Part shown: one piece after another, positions 37,021 through 46,216 of the stretch | How the letters are laid out: each line of letters starts with the position of its first letter | Position numbering within the stretch: the stretch's first letter is position 1 | Source of the DNA: Nitrososphaerales archaeon | Lineage (GTDB): Archaea > Thermoproteota > Nitrososphaeria > Nitrososphaerales > JACAEJ01 | Length of the DNA stretch: 55,040 nucleotides | Assembly: GCA_013388925.1 (NCBI GenBank) | Contig: JACAEJ010000012.1 | Span: 1-55,040 of the forward strand | Direction: 5' to 3' | Translations under genes and position numbers: made by a program | The notes under the pieces: generated by a model | Database searches by the model: none | What the model saw: the letters and a program-made list of their open reading frames with translations, nothing else | Told to the model about the DNA's origin: nothing

Positions 37021-37526
37021 TTTTTTTGAAGGGAAGGGTCTGGAAACTCTCCGATAACATAGATACAGATGTCATTATACCCTACAAATACAAAGCAAGG
37101 AGCATAGACCCAAAAGAGTTGGCAGAACATTGCTTGGAGGGTATAGACCCAGAGTTTTCGAGAAAAGTCCAAAAGGGAGATCTTATAGTAGCGGGTAGAA
37201 ATTTTGGTTGCGGTTCGAGCAGGGATCAAGCCCCAATCGCCATAAAAGCCAGTGGTATATCTGCGGTCATAGCAGAGAGTTTTGCAAGGATCTTTTATAG
37301 AAACGCCATCAACATAGGTCTGCCAGCCATTGTTTGTAAGGGTATCTCGAAAGAAACCAATGAGGGCGATATAATAGAAATAGATCTAGGCGAAGGAACA
37401 GTAAAGAATATAATGACTGGAAAGAGCTTAAAGGCAGACAAGCATCCTGAATTTCTAGAAAAGATGCTCGAAGCTGGTGGTCTTGTAGAATACTACAAAA
37501 AGTTTGGAAAGTTTCCATGGGAATAA
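37017..37526 (+). CDS. leuD: 3-isopropylmalate/homoaconitate dehydratase small subunit (LeuD/HacB family)
   Basis: 169 aa. DNIDTDVIIP, GRNFGCGSSRDQAP. 4-nt overlap with leuC. Confidence 0.85.
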   Translation: MIFLKGRVWKLSDNIDTDVIIPYKYKARSIDPKELAEHCLEGIDPEFSRKVQKGDLIVAGRNFGCGSSRDQAPIAIKASGISAVIAESFARIFYRNAINIGLPAIVCKGISKETNEGDIIEIDLGEGTVKNIMTGKSLKADKHPEFLEKMLEAGGLVEYYKKFGKFPWE

Positions 37527-37536
37527 CTTATTAAAA

Positions 37537-37815
37537 TTGAATAAGATTAGAGTTCACGTCTATATTTCGGGTTTCGTACAGGGAATCTTTTTCAGGTCCA
37601 ATACAAAGAAGAAGGCTTTTGAACTTAATCTTAAGGGATGGGTGAGGAACCTCCATGATGGTAGAGTTGAGGCCGTCTTTGAGGGCAGTAAAAACGATGT
37701 TTTGAAGATGCTAGAATGGTGCAATGTAGGGCCCCCTAGAGCTCAAATAATAGACGTAAATGTAAAGTGGGAGGAGTACGAAGGTAGTTTTGCGACCTTC
37801 GATATAATTTATTGA
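37537..37815 (+). CDS. acyP: Acylphosphatase
   Basis: VHVYISGFVQGIFFRSNT ... GWVRNLHDGRVEAVFEG is the acylphosphatase signature. TTG 37537 is preferred over the track start 37504, which overlaps leuD. Confidence 0.8.
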   Translation: MNKIRVHVYISGFVQGIFFRSNTKKKAFELNLKGWVRNLHDGRVEAVFEGSKNDVLKMLEWCNVGPPRAQIIDVNVKWEEYEGSFATFDIIY

Positions 37816-37880
37816 TTTTTGATATATTAGTAATAATAACATTGAGACAAAGTTTAACTAAGAGTACCATCGAGCCCTCG

Positions 37881-38912
37881 ATGAAACCTATGGCAAAGCG
37901 TGTTGCATTGATCCGTGGAGATGGCACGGGCCCAGAGCTAGTAGGAGCTATGATAAGAGTTTTGAAAGCGAGTGGGGCCAATGTAGAGATGGTGCCGTGT
38001 GATGCTGGGATGGAATGGTGGGAGAAGCATGGAGGCGACTCTTTCATACCTCCTGAAACTTGGGATGTCCTTGAGAATTCGACAGCGTGCTTCAAAGGTC
38101 CTACAACAACCATTCCGAAACCAGGAACCCCAAAGAGCGTTGCTGTGAGTATAAGGCAGAGGTTCGATCTATTTGCGAATGTTAGACCCATAAAGACCTT
38201 CCCCAATAAGAGCGGCCCCCTCGGCGATGTAGATTTTGTATGTGTCCGTGAGGCGACAGAAGGCCTCTATACAGGAATAGAATTCCGCCTTAATGATATA
38301 GCCATAGCGATAAGAAAGATCAGCAGAAGGGCATCGGAGCGGGTGGCAAGGTATGCCTTCAACCTGATCCGAGAGAAGAACTGGAAGAAGCTAATAGTAA
38401 TAACCAAGGCGAACATCTTGAAAGAGACTTGTGGGCTATTCAGAGAGGTTGTAGGGCAAGTTGCCAAGGACTTTCCTGAGATCATAATAGAGGATTATTT
38501 TATAGACAACTTGGCCCAACAACTGGTAAAGAACCCCCAAAGGTTCAATCAGAACGTGATATTGAGCACCAATCTATTCATGGACATAATATCTGAGGAA
38601 GCGTCTGGCTTGATAGGGAGCATTGGGTGTGTATACTCTGCCAACATAGGAGACAATTATGCTATGTTTGAGCCTGCTCATGGCAGCGCTCCCAAGTATA
38701 AGAACATGAACATGGTCAACCCTACAGCTACTATACTTGCAGGTGCATGGATGCTGGACTACATCGGTGAGAAGGAAGCTTCTAGGGCCATATTCGAGGC
38801 TACAAATGACATAATAGCAGAGGGTAAGCTTGTGACCTACGATCTGGGCGGTAATGCAAGACTGTCCGAGATGACTGAGGCTATAGCAAAAAGGACTGAA
38901 GAAAAAATATGA
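37881..38912 (+). CDS. Isocitrate/isopropylmalate dehydrogenase family (LeuB/AksF/homoisocitrate dehydrogenase-like)
   Basis: ALIRGDGTGPE, FKGPTTT ... SVAVSIRQRFDLFANVRP, NLFMDIISEEASGLIGSIG, EPAHGSAPK. ATG 37881 is preferred over the track start 37812. Substrate not assignable by eye. Confidence 0.85.
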   Translation: MKPMAKRVALIRGDGTGPELVGAMIRVLKASGANVEMVPCDAGMEWWEKHGGDSFIPPETWDVLENSTACFKGPTTTIPKPGTPKSVAVSIRQRFDLFANVRPIKTFPNKSGPLGDVDFVCVREATEGLYTGIEFRLNDIAIAIRKISRRASERVARYAFNLIREKNWKKLIVITKANILKETCGLFREVVGQVAKDFPEIIIEDYFIDNLAQQLVKNPQRFNQNVILSTNLFMDIISEEASGLIGSIGCVYSANIGDNYAMFEPAHGSAPKYKNMNMVNPTATILAGAWMLDYIGEKEASRAIFEATNDIIAEGKLVTYDLGGNARLSEMTEAIAKRTEEKI

Positions 38913-38966
38913 CAAACACGTATGAAAAATCATTTTTGGTTAAAAAGATGCTGAAAGAACCTATCT

Positions 38967-40391
38967 TTATGAGGCATTATTCTTAGCTCTTCCCCCTCTA
39001 AGCACAGATGGTGGGATAGCAGCTGTATTCAATGCGGCAAGCCATAGGTATGTCTTCTTCAGCCCTTCAGCAAAGAGCAACTTATCCGGTTCGGGGATGA
39101 CAATAGAGTTCGTGGGTGATATTATATTTGTCACTATTGCGTAGGGCACTGTAAAGGTCATTATTAGAATGGCCAGATTGAGGCTTATTGTGAAACCGAC
39201 ATTAAAGAATGTGGCCCTGAACGCTGATGCTATCCCCCTTCTTTGAGCTGGGACAGAGCCCATTATCGAACTTATGTTTGGGGATATGAACATGCCTACA
39301 CCAACACCAAGGAGAATCATGTAAATGACTACAAGTGAATAAGGCGTGGATGCATCTGCAGTTGAGAAGAGGTATAGGGAGATGCTTGTGAGAGCTAGCC
39401 CAGATGTGGTGAAGGGGAGGTGTCCGAATCTATCGGAGAGTCTTCCGCTCACTACCCCAAGGAAGAGGAATACTATATCGAATGGTATTATCCTTATTCC
39501 AGCATCAAATGGGCTCAGACCAAGAACAAGCTGGAAGTAAAGGCTGAGCAAGAGCAATACAGCGCCCCATGCTATTGCATTCAGTAGCTGTGCAATCACA
39601 CCGCCAGTAAACTCCTTTATCCTGAGGAGCTTTAGGTCGAGCAATGGGTGCTCAATGCCTCTTTCATATGCTACGAAGGTTAACATGCTTATCGCGCTGA
39701 TAGTGAGAAGCGCATAGACTGTAATCTGCTCTGCTATCCCATAAGCAGCAAATGTGAGAGCTAAAAGGAAGCTGGTTATGGATGCTGTGAATGTTATAAA
39801 ACCTACCCAATCGATTGGAGCACTCCTCTCAACGCTCGCTATCTCCTTGAGCCTGCGGTGGGCCCAGACAGTTCCGAAGATACCTATAGGCACATTGATG
39901 TAGAAGAGGGCCCTCCAATCTAGGAAGGAGAGAATTACTCCGCTTACAGTCAGCCCAGCCATCGCACCGAACCTGAAGGCTATCTGATTTACACCAAGAA
40001 AAAAGCCGAGCTCATTCTTTGGCGTTGCATCCGTTATCATAGCTATGCTGTTTGTGAAGAGTATAGCAGCCCCAAGCCCCTGTATACTTCTGAATAAGAT
40101 GACCTGTGTAGGTTCCTGTGCTATGCTTGTTAATGCAGAGCCTACTGTGAAGACTGTGAAGCCACTTGTGTAGATCTTCACCCTCCCAACTATGTCCGTA
40201 ACTCTACCTATGAGAAGGAGTGCAACAGTAGAGCCAAGGACGTATGCCTGAGTAAACCAAATCGCCTGCTCGGCATCCGCTCTTAATGCTGAGGCCACTT
40301 GAGGGAGGCCGACTATGACTATCCTGGAGTCTAGCCCAGCCATAAGGATTCCAACAGTTGTTACTGTAAGTACCGTCCACTTGTACTGCAA
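38967..40391 (-). CDS. MFS transporter (14-TMS DHA2/EmrB-like)
   Basis: 474 aa, about 14 hydrophobic segments. MFS motif A-like GRVTDIVGR and SGRLSDRFG. Confidence 0.85.
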   Translation of the reverse strand: MQYKWTVLTVTTVGILMAGLDSRIVIVGLPQVASALRADAEQAIWFTQAYVLGSTVALLLIGRVTDIVGRVKIYTSGFTVFTVGSALTSIAQEPTQVILFRSIQGLGAAILFTNSIAMITDATPKNELGFFLGVNQIAFRFGAMAGLTVSGVILSFLDWRALFYINVPIGIFGTVWAHRRLKEIASVERSAPIDWVGFITFTASITSFLLALTFAAYGIAEQITVYALLTISAISMLTFVAYERGIEHPLLDLKLLRIKEFTGGVIAQLLNAIAWGAVLLLLSLYFQLVLGLSPFDAGIRIIPFDIVFLFLGVVSGRLSDRFGHLPFTTSGLALTSISLYLFSTADASTPYSLVVIYMILLGVGVGMFISPNISSIMGSVPAQRRGIASAFRATFFNVGFTISLNLAILIMTFTVPYAIVTNIISPTNSIVIPEPDKLLFAEGLKKTYLWLAALNTAAIPPSVLRGGRAKNNAS

Positions 40392-40533
40392 GTGAAAACC
40401 TCCCTAGACCTTTTCTAAACTCTCCCTAACCTTCCTAAGAAGCCAGAATATTAGGCTTGACATGGAACCGATGATGGTTATGATATATTTTATAATCATT
40501 TCCTTGCCTCTTTAGTTGGATGTTCAGAACATA

Positions 40534-40692
40534 ATGACACATGAGTTTGGACATTGGTGCGGCTTAGACGACCTCTACAATAGCAGCGATTACTGGCTAA
40601 CAATGTATGGATACTCAGGCTATGGAGAAACCTACAAGCAAACACTAGGATGGGGCGACATCCTCGGACTAAAAGCAGTGTACGGTCCATAG
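40534..40692 (+). pseudogene. C-terminal fragment of a matrixin/metzincin zinc protease
   Basis: 52-aa frame MTHEFGHWCGLDDLYNSSDYWLTMYGYSGYGETYKQTLGWGDILGLKAVYGP. It contains HEFGHxxGL (the third His is replaced by D), a Met-turn (LTMYG) and the terminal D-I-x-G-L-x-x-x-YG typical of peptidase M10. An in-frame stop lies at 40513-40515, so the pro and N-terminal catalytic parts are missing. Confidence 0.5.
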
Positions 40693-41847
40693 GCACTTAC
40701 CCAAAAACCGTGGACAAATTTGATTCGTCTAGAATAGTCTTTATTTCCTCAACAAGATTCCAAGGATAGTAACAACGACCTATTTCTAAAGCTGTTGAGG
40801 GAGAGGTAACATAATTTCAATCCTTGGACCTTTTCTCTTTGCATAGAGAAGGATATCAGGTACTTTAGACTTCTTCCAGATTTATTCATAACCGAGTTTG
40901 TCACTATCATCCATGCTATGCACACCTTAGGCAAGTTCAGTTACGAATATCTACGTAAGTCGATTTATAATCGTTACATTTGATCGAGCCCAGAAATGTT
41001 GCTAGAGCCTTGAACTTATCGAATGTTTCCCATCTTTAATTAAGTACCGAACTCTCCACTTGCCTCTCATTCTTTTGTATAAACTCTTGAAAGAACCTTT
41101 CCTGCCTGTAACGAGATATACCATCATGTATGAAGGATTTCACCATCTCCGTGTACCCCTCCCTCTCATGAGAGGATGATGATCATTAACATAGTGCTTG
41201 TTTCATGACCTGTTGGCGGGGTCTTGATCCCTACAGACAATCTCAATCTCATAGCACCTTGAATAGGCCTGGCTGCAATAATGGCATCTGTGCCACTGGG
41301 ATCATTATCATAAACAGGCGCAAAGTCTGAAACGTCCCTATTTTTTAAGCGCAGTAATCAGCTCATGAGACCCTAATCTTCCAAAAGATTTGAGTTTATA
41401 AGCCAAGGGGGGTAGACGTTTTCACAACGAGGAGTTATCAATCAAATGTCGTGTTTTGGAAGCCTTCATGTAGGGCAAAATCGAATCCATTATCTATCAA
41501 TTCATAATCAGACCATTTTTCATAAAGAGTTTGAACAAACTAATGGATTCGACATTGAATCTCTCACTTTGCAGACCACCCAACGAAGCAATTATGGCAA
41601 GGGTGTTTTCTTCACGTTCTATAGAGCAAGATTCTGACTCTTGGGTTTCTAGATTTACAGAATAACCTACCAAATCTCCTTGACTAAAAGTTGAGTTCAT
41701 CTTCATGTATAACTCGTATGCTTCTAGCCCATCCTGCAAGACTATCATTACCATCGATTATTTACCTTTCCACATTCATGATTATGGTATGTTTGATTCC
41801 TAGAGCAGGCCTATGAAGAGCACCCACAAACTCAGAATCTCCCTGCT

Positions 41848-42519
41848 TCAGCTAGGAGAGGGCCAACATTTTGCCTCTTCCATCAGCCTTTTTGCCACTC
41901 TTGCACCTTCCGAAGCATCCTTTCCGTAACCGTCTGCCCCTAGCCTTATACGCCATTCCTCAGAAAGGACTGCCCCTCCCACCAAGAACTTGTATCCTTT
42001 CCTTACTCCCTCTTTCTTGAACAAATTTATCACATTTGCCATACTCTCTATCGTAGGTGTAGTCAGGGTGCTCATGGCCACGATCTCTGGCTTTATCTCC
42101 ATAGCTTTCTTCAAGAACTCTTTATTCGGTACGTTCACACCCAAGTCATGGACATCAAAACCAGCAGCTGCCAAGAACACCTTTACTATCTCTTTTCCTA
42201 TAGAATGAATGTCGCCTTCAACGGTGCCTATTACGACCCTGCCAGAAAGATGGGCCTTCTCAACGCTTATGTGGGGCTTTAGGATGTCTGTAGCAGCAGA
42301 CATGGCCTCTGCCGAGCAGATTAGATCGGGCATAAAGTACTCGAACCTCTCGTACTTGTCGCTTACGACAAACATGCCCTTGGCGCAACCTAGCATTATG
42401 GCTTCGTAGGCATCTATTCCCTCTTCTATGGCATCCTTCGCAGCCTTCTTCGCTTCCTCCACATCTCCCCTTACAACAGATTCACTCAGCCTCTCAAGAA
42501 TTTCTTCTCTCTTGAGCAT
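41848..42519 (-). CDS. Cobalamin-binding corrinoid protein (MtaC/MtbC/MttC-like methyltransferase partner)
   Basis: 223 aa. N-terminal four-helix cap domain, then a B12-binding Rossmann domain with GTVEGDIHSIGKEIV (D-x-H-x-x-G) and VGGAV. Confidence 0.85.
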   Translation of the reverse strand: MLKREEILERLSESVVRGDVEEAKKAAKDAIEEGIDAYEAIMLGCAKGMFVVSDKYERFEYFMPDLICSAEAMSAATDILKPHISVEKAHLSGRVVIGTVEGDIHSIGKEIVKVFLAAAGFDVHDLGVNVPNKEFLKKAMEIKPEIVAMSTLTTPTIESMANVINLFKKEGVRKGYKFLVGGAVLSEEWRIRLGADGYGKDASEGARVAKRLMEEAKCWPSPS

Positions 42520-42583
42520 AGCCCATCTTCTCTTACCAATTTATGGCGATCAGCTTTTATTAATGATGCTAGGAAGAAGGCTC

Positions 42584-43948
42584 ATGGCATCCTATAGGAG
42601 CACCCTTCCTGTACCAGAGAGGTATGGCAGTAGGGAGATGAGAGAGATATTTGATGAAGAGGGCTACCTAAAGTATCAACTCATGGTCGAGGGCACAGTT
42701 GCAGAGGCTCAGGCGGAGGTAGGTTTGATCCCAAAGAGGGCTGCAATGGAGATAGCGTCAAAGGCAGATTCCAAACATATAACCATAGAAAGGTGGCGAG
42801 AGATAGAAGCAACGACAAAGCACGAGACAGCTTCTCTGGTAGAGGCCATAGTAGAGTTGTGTAATGATGAGGCGAAGCCGTGGGTGCACTACGGCCTTAC
42901 GAGTAATGATGTTCTGGATACTTCTCTATCTCTGCAGTTGAAGAAGGCTTTGGAATTACTTGAAGGGAAGATGATTGCTTTGACAGAGATTCTTTGTAAA
43001 AAGGCCCTAAAGTATCAGGACCTACCTGGTGTGGGCAGGACTCACGGTCAGCATGCCAGCATATTATCCTTCGGCCTAAAGTTCGCTGTCTGGGCCTCTG
43101 AAATGAATCGCAATATAGTGCGTCTGCGCCAGCTAAGGGAGAGGACGTTGGTTTGTAAGACCCTTGGAGTGGTAGGGACAGGATCGGTTATGGGCGAAAA
43201 GGCTCTTGAAGTTCAAGCGATAGCTTCTAGAAAGCTCGGCCTAAGGCCCATGGAGGCTGCCACCCAAATCGTTCCCAGAGACCTTCTTTCCGAAGCCATC
43301 TTCTTCACGGCCTTGGTGGCATCAATTCTAGACAAGATGGCAGTAGAGGTTCGTAACTTGCAACGCACAGAGATAAGAGAAGTTGAAGAGCCTTTTGCTG
43401 CTGATCAGATAGGAAGCTCAGCAGTTCCAATAAAGAGAAACCCGATAAGGTGTGAGAGAGTATCGAGCTTGGCAAAGTACATCAGGTCCTTGCCAGAGGT
43501 CGGCCTCAACAACATACCCCTTTGGCATGAGAGAGATTTGTCCAACTCTGCAAACGAGAGAATCATCTTGCCCTCAGCCTTCATACTATTGGATGAGTGT
43601 ATGAACTCCATGATGGAAGTAATGGAGGGTCTGGTGGTCAGAGAGGACAGGATAAGAGCCAACATAGACCTGACCAAAGAGCAGGTATACTCTGAATTCG
43701 TATTAGATGCTTTATTGAGAAAGGGCCTATCAAGGTCGAAGGCTCACAAGCTATTGCGTAAGTCTGCTAATGAGGCATTGAAGGAGAATATAACATACTC
43801 TGAAGCTATCCTTAAAGACGAAGAATTAAGCGCTTTATTGAAAAAAGATGAAGTCATGAGTTTATTTAATCCTAAAAAGCACTTATCTGCATCTAAGAGG
43901 ATAATAGCCAACGTGGTAGAATCCTATCGGAGGACGAGAGAGACCTAG
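42584..43948 (+). CDS. purB: Adenylosuccinate lyase
   Basis: HYGLTSNDVLDT, GRTHGQHA and GSSAVPIKRNP (fumarate-lyase signature). The track start 42428 overlaps the corrinoid gene on the other strand, so ATG 42584 (MASYRS) is preferred. Confidence 0.9.
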   Translation: MASYRSTLPVPERYGSREMREIFDEEGYLKYQLMVEGTVAEAQAEVGLIPKRAAMEIASKADSKHITIERWREIEATTKHETASLVEAIVELCNDEAKPWVHYGLTSNDVLDTSLSLQLKKALELLEGKMIALTEILCKKALKYQDLPGVGRTHGQHASILSFGLKFAVWASEMNRNIVRLRQLRERTLVCKTLGVVGTGSVMGEKALEVQAIASRKLGLRPMEAATQIVPRDLLSEAIFFTALVASILDKMAVEVRNLQRTEIREVEEPFAADQIGSSAVPIKRNPIRCERVSSLAKYIRSLPEVGLNNIPLWHERDLSNSANERIILPSAFILLDECMNSMMEVMEGLVVREDRIRANIDLTKEQVYSEFVLDALLRKGLSRSKAHKLLRKSANEALKENITYSEAILKDEELSALLKKDEVMSLFNPKKHLSASKRIIANVVESYRRTRET

Positions 43949-44133
43949 CTACATACCATCGTTTGCTTCTATGCAGGAAGACAAGAGCTCTCTTTATAGA
44001 GATGTCCACTGTACTCATTCTTTGTCTATCACTTATCCATAAGTGATTTAATCTATACACATTATTGTATATTCATTATGAATAATTACAATGAGCTGAA
44101 ATATAAATTTCTATATACTTTTCTGGAAGAAGA

Positions 44134-44715
44134 ATGAAAGCAATACTGAATAAAAAGGCATTTTCGATCTTCGTTGCTACAATATTCCTAATCTCAGTGT
44201 TGGCGGTTCCAGTAGTACTTGCAGTACCCAAACCAGTTAGCAAATATAACCCGTACGCAAAGGGCAACGGCCAAGCAGGGAAATCAAATATAGCTTACTT
44301 GTATTTAGTTGAAAAAAACCCAGCAGACTGGACAATAGTCCCAGATGGAGCTTGGGGCAAGATGAAGTATAATTTAGCAGGACCTACATTCGACTACGTC
44401 TTTAATGGACATGGACTGGACATGGGTATGTCATATTCTTTGATATACTACCCTGAACCACAAAACATGTGGCCTTGGCCCATGATAGTGATTGCAAGTG
44501 GATTAGCTGACAGCGATGGAAACATACATCTAGCTGGTTCATATGATTTTGAACAAGATCTAACCGATGCAAAGATTTGGCTGGTACTAAGCGATGATAT
44601 CGTTGGTGGTAGTCTGTCGGGCTGGAGTCCAACTGAATATCTATTTGAGTACGACCTGATCAATTATGACGACATGGATGTAAGCGATGATGGCGTAGGT
44701 GATGGCTTAGATTGA
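44134..44715 (+). CDS. Hypothetical secreted protein
   Basis: 193 aa. Signal/anchor (FSIFVATIFLISVLAVPVVLAV), acidic C-terminus, AT-rich. No family recognised. Confidence 0.5.
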   Translation: MKAILNKKAFSIFVATIFLISVLAVPVVLAVPKPVSKYNPYAKGNGQAGKSNIAYLYLVEKNPADWTIVPDGAWGKMKYNLAGPTFDYVFNGHGLDMGMSYSLIYYPEPQNMWPWPMIVIASGLADSDGNIHLAGSYDFEQDLTDAKIWLVLSDDIVGGSLSGWSPTEYLFEYDLINYDDMDVSDDGVGDGLD

Positions 44716-44772
44716 ACCAAACTCCCCTCTCATTTTTTATTAATGTTATTAAGAACAAGTTTTTCTAAATGA

Positions 44773-46182
44773 ATGTTTTTTTGGCTTCTAAGAAGGCATA
44801 AAGAAAGAGCTATTATACATCCAAGAGTCTTAAGGGTTTGTGCAGATTTGCTCTCGGATAGCATCAACGGTATAGTCGCCCTTTTGGGAGAGAGTAATGT
44901 AATTCCTAATCTCACCTCAGCTCTAAAATCCATCTCGCATCGTGCTCGGTATGGATACAGGATTCTGACTGAGGAGGGTTCTTTAGACGATGTCTCAGCC
45001 CTTAATAGATCAAAATCCAATTTGGCGATAGGCTGTTGCCTTTCCAGACCATCAAATAGCCATAAAATTGCCGTTCATGGTAAAGTTTACCATCCCGAAG
45101 GTTTTGACCTATCAAAGAGATTGAAGGAGGTTTTTGAAGATATAGAAAAAGCTCCAAAGATTCTATTGAAACTAGATGCTGATTTTGCCTTTGTAGGGAT
45201 AGAAGATAATTCATTGATATATGGCAGAGATTCATTAGGAATAAAGCCGCTATACTCTTCTAAAGAATCAGGAATTCTTGGCATAGCATCCGAAATAAAA
45301 GCCCTCAAGTCCATAGGATTCAAGAATATAGAGAGAGTCCGTCCAGGTAGCATTCATAAAGCATCTATGAAGGGCGAGGAGAGTTTAGTGTTTGATAAAA
45401 TCGAAGTAGTGTCTAAATTGAACGTTAGCATGGATGAAGCCTCAGATACTGTATTAAAGCTTCTTTCAGAATCCATTAAAAGAAGGATAAAAGGTCTTAA
45501 CAGAATAGCCATAGGCTTCTCTGGTGGTCTAGATAGCTCTCTTTTGGCTTTGATTACATCAAAGCTGGCAAAGGTAACTCTTCTTTCCATATATACAAAA
45601 GGCTCCAAAGATGAAGATGTGACAAATTCAGCGAAAAGCCTTGGATTGGAGCTCGAAGAGCTTCAGATTGATGTTAAGCAAGTAAAAGATAAGATTAGTT
45701 TAATACAAAATCTGATAGAGAGCGATAGAATTATGGATTTGGCCATAGGCTTAGGCATGAATCTTTCTGCTGAGAAATGTTTACAGATAGGTTGTGACGT
45801 TCTATTCCTCGGCCAGTTCGCAGACGAGCTTTTTGGAGGATATGTAAAGTATGTAAGGGCTCTAAGAGAAAGGGGGGATGAGTTTGTAGAGAACATGATG
45901 CTGCAAGACGTTATCGATGCTCATAAGAACAACTTCGAGAGGGATGAGAAGGCATCTTCCTCCCATACTGAGATAAGGTTGCCTTACGCAAACACCAGCC
46001 TTGTAGACTATGCACTATCCTTGCCTTTGAGACTGAAGATAACTATGGACGATCAACGCAAATTGGTCCTGAAAGAAGCGGCAATAAAGGCGGGTCTGCC
46101 GAGGGATATAGCATCGAAGAGGAAGAGAGCTTTCCAATACAGTTCTGGACTGCAGAAGCTGATAACGAATGTAAAGGGTTGA
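44773..46182 (+). CDS. Asparagine synthase (AsnB)-like PP-loop ATPase with a degenerate glutaminase domain
   Basis: GATase-II-like DADFAFVGIEDNSLIYGRDSLGIKPLYS and PP-loop FSGGLDSS. No Cys follows any plausible start codon (INGIVALLGE occupies the position of MCGI). Confidence 0.7.
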   Translation: MFFWLLRRHKERAIIHPRVLRVCADLLSDSINGIVALLGESNVIPNLTSALKSISHRARYGYRILTEEGSLDDVSALNRSKSNLAIGCCLSRPSNSHKIAVHGKVYHPEGFDLSKRLKEVFEDIEKAPKILLKLDADFAFVGIEDNSLIYGRDSLGIKPLYSSKESGILGIASEIKALKSIGFKNIERVRPGSIHKASMKGEESLVFDKIEVVSKLNVSMDEASDTVLKLLSESIKRRIKGLNRIAIGFSGGLDSSLLALITSKLAKVTLLSIYTKGSKDEDVTNSAKSLGLELEELQIDVKQVKDKISLIQNLIESDRIMDLAIGLGMNLSAEKCLQIGCDVLFLGQFADELFGGYVKYVRALRERGDEFVENMMLQDVIDAHKNNFERDEKASSSHTEIRLPYANTSLVDYALSLPLRLKITMDDQRKLVLKEAAIKAGLPRDIASKRKRAFQYSSGLQKLITNVKG

Positions 46183-46216
46183 AAATGAGTTTACATAACA
46201 ATTTGGGGGTGGTAGG

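Noticed and set aside
41165-41230. ATGATGA (C-box-like) at about 41172, considered as a C/D box sRNA.
   Set aside because: No properly spaced D' / C' / D (CTGA) boxes and no terminal stem were found.
40693-41847. Possibility of a pyrrolysine (in-frame TAG) methylamine methyltransferase downstream of the corrinoid gene.
   Set aside because: Reading through TAG does not yield a long frame. For example, the 85-aa reverse ORF ends in TGA followed by TAG. The frames are interrupted by several different stop codons.
42428-42583. The ORF-track start for purB at 42428, giving 506 aa.
   Set aside because: The first 52 codons are antisense to the 5' end of the corrinoid gene and are S/L-rich. Adenylosuccinate-lyase similarity begins after ATG 42584.
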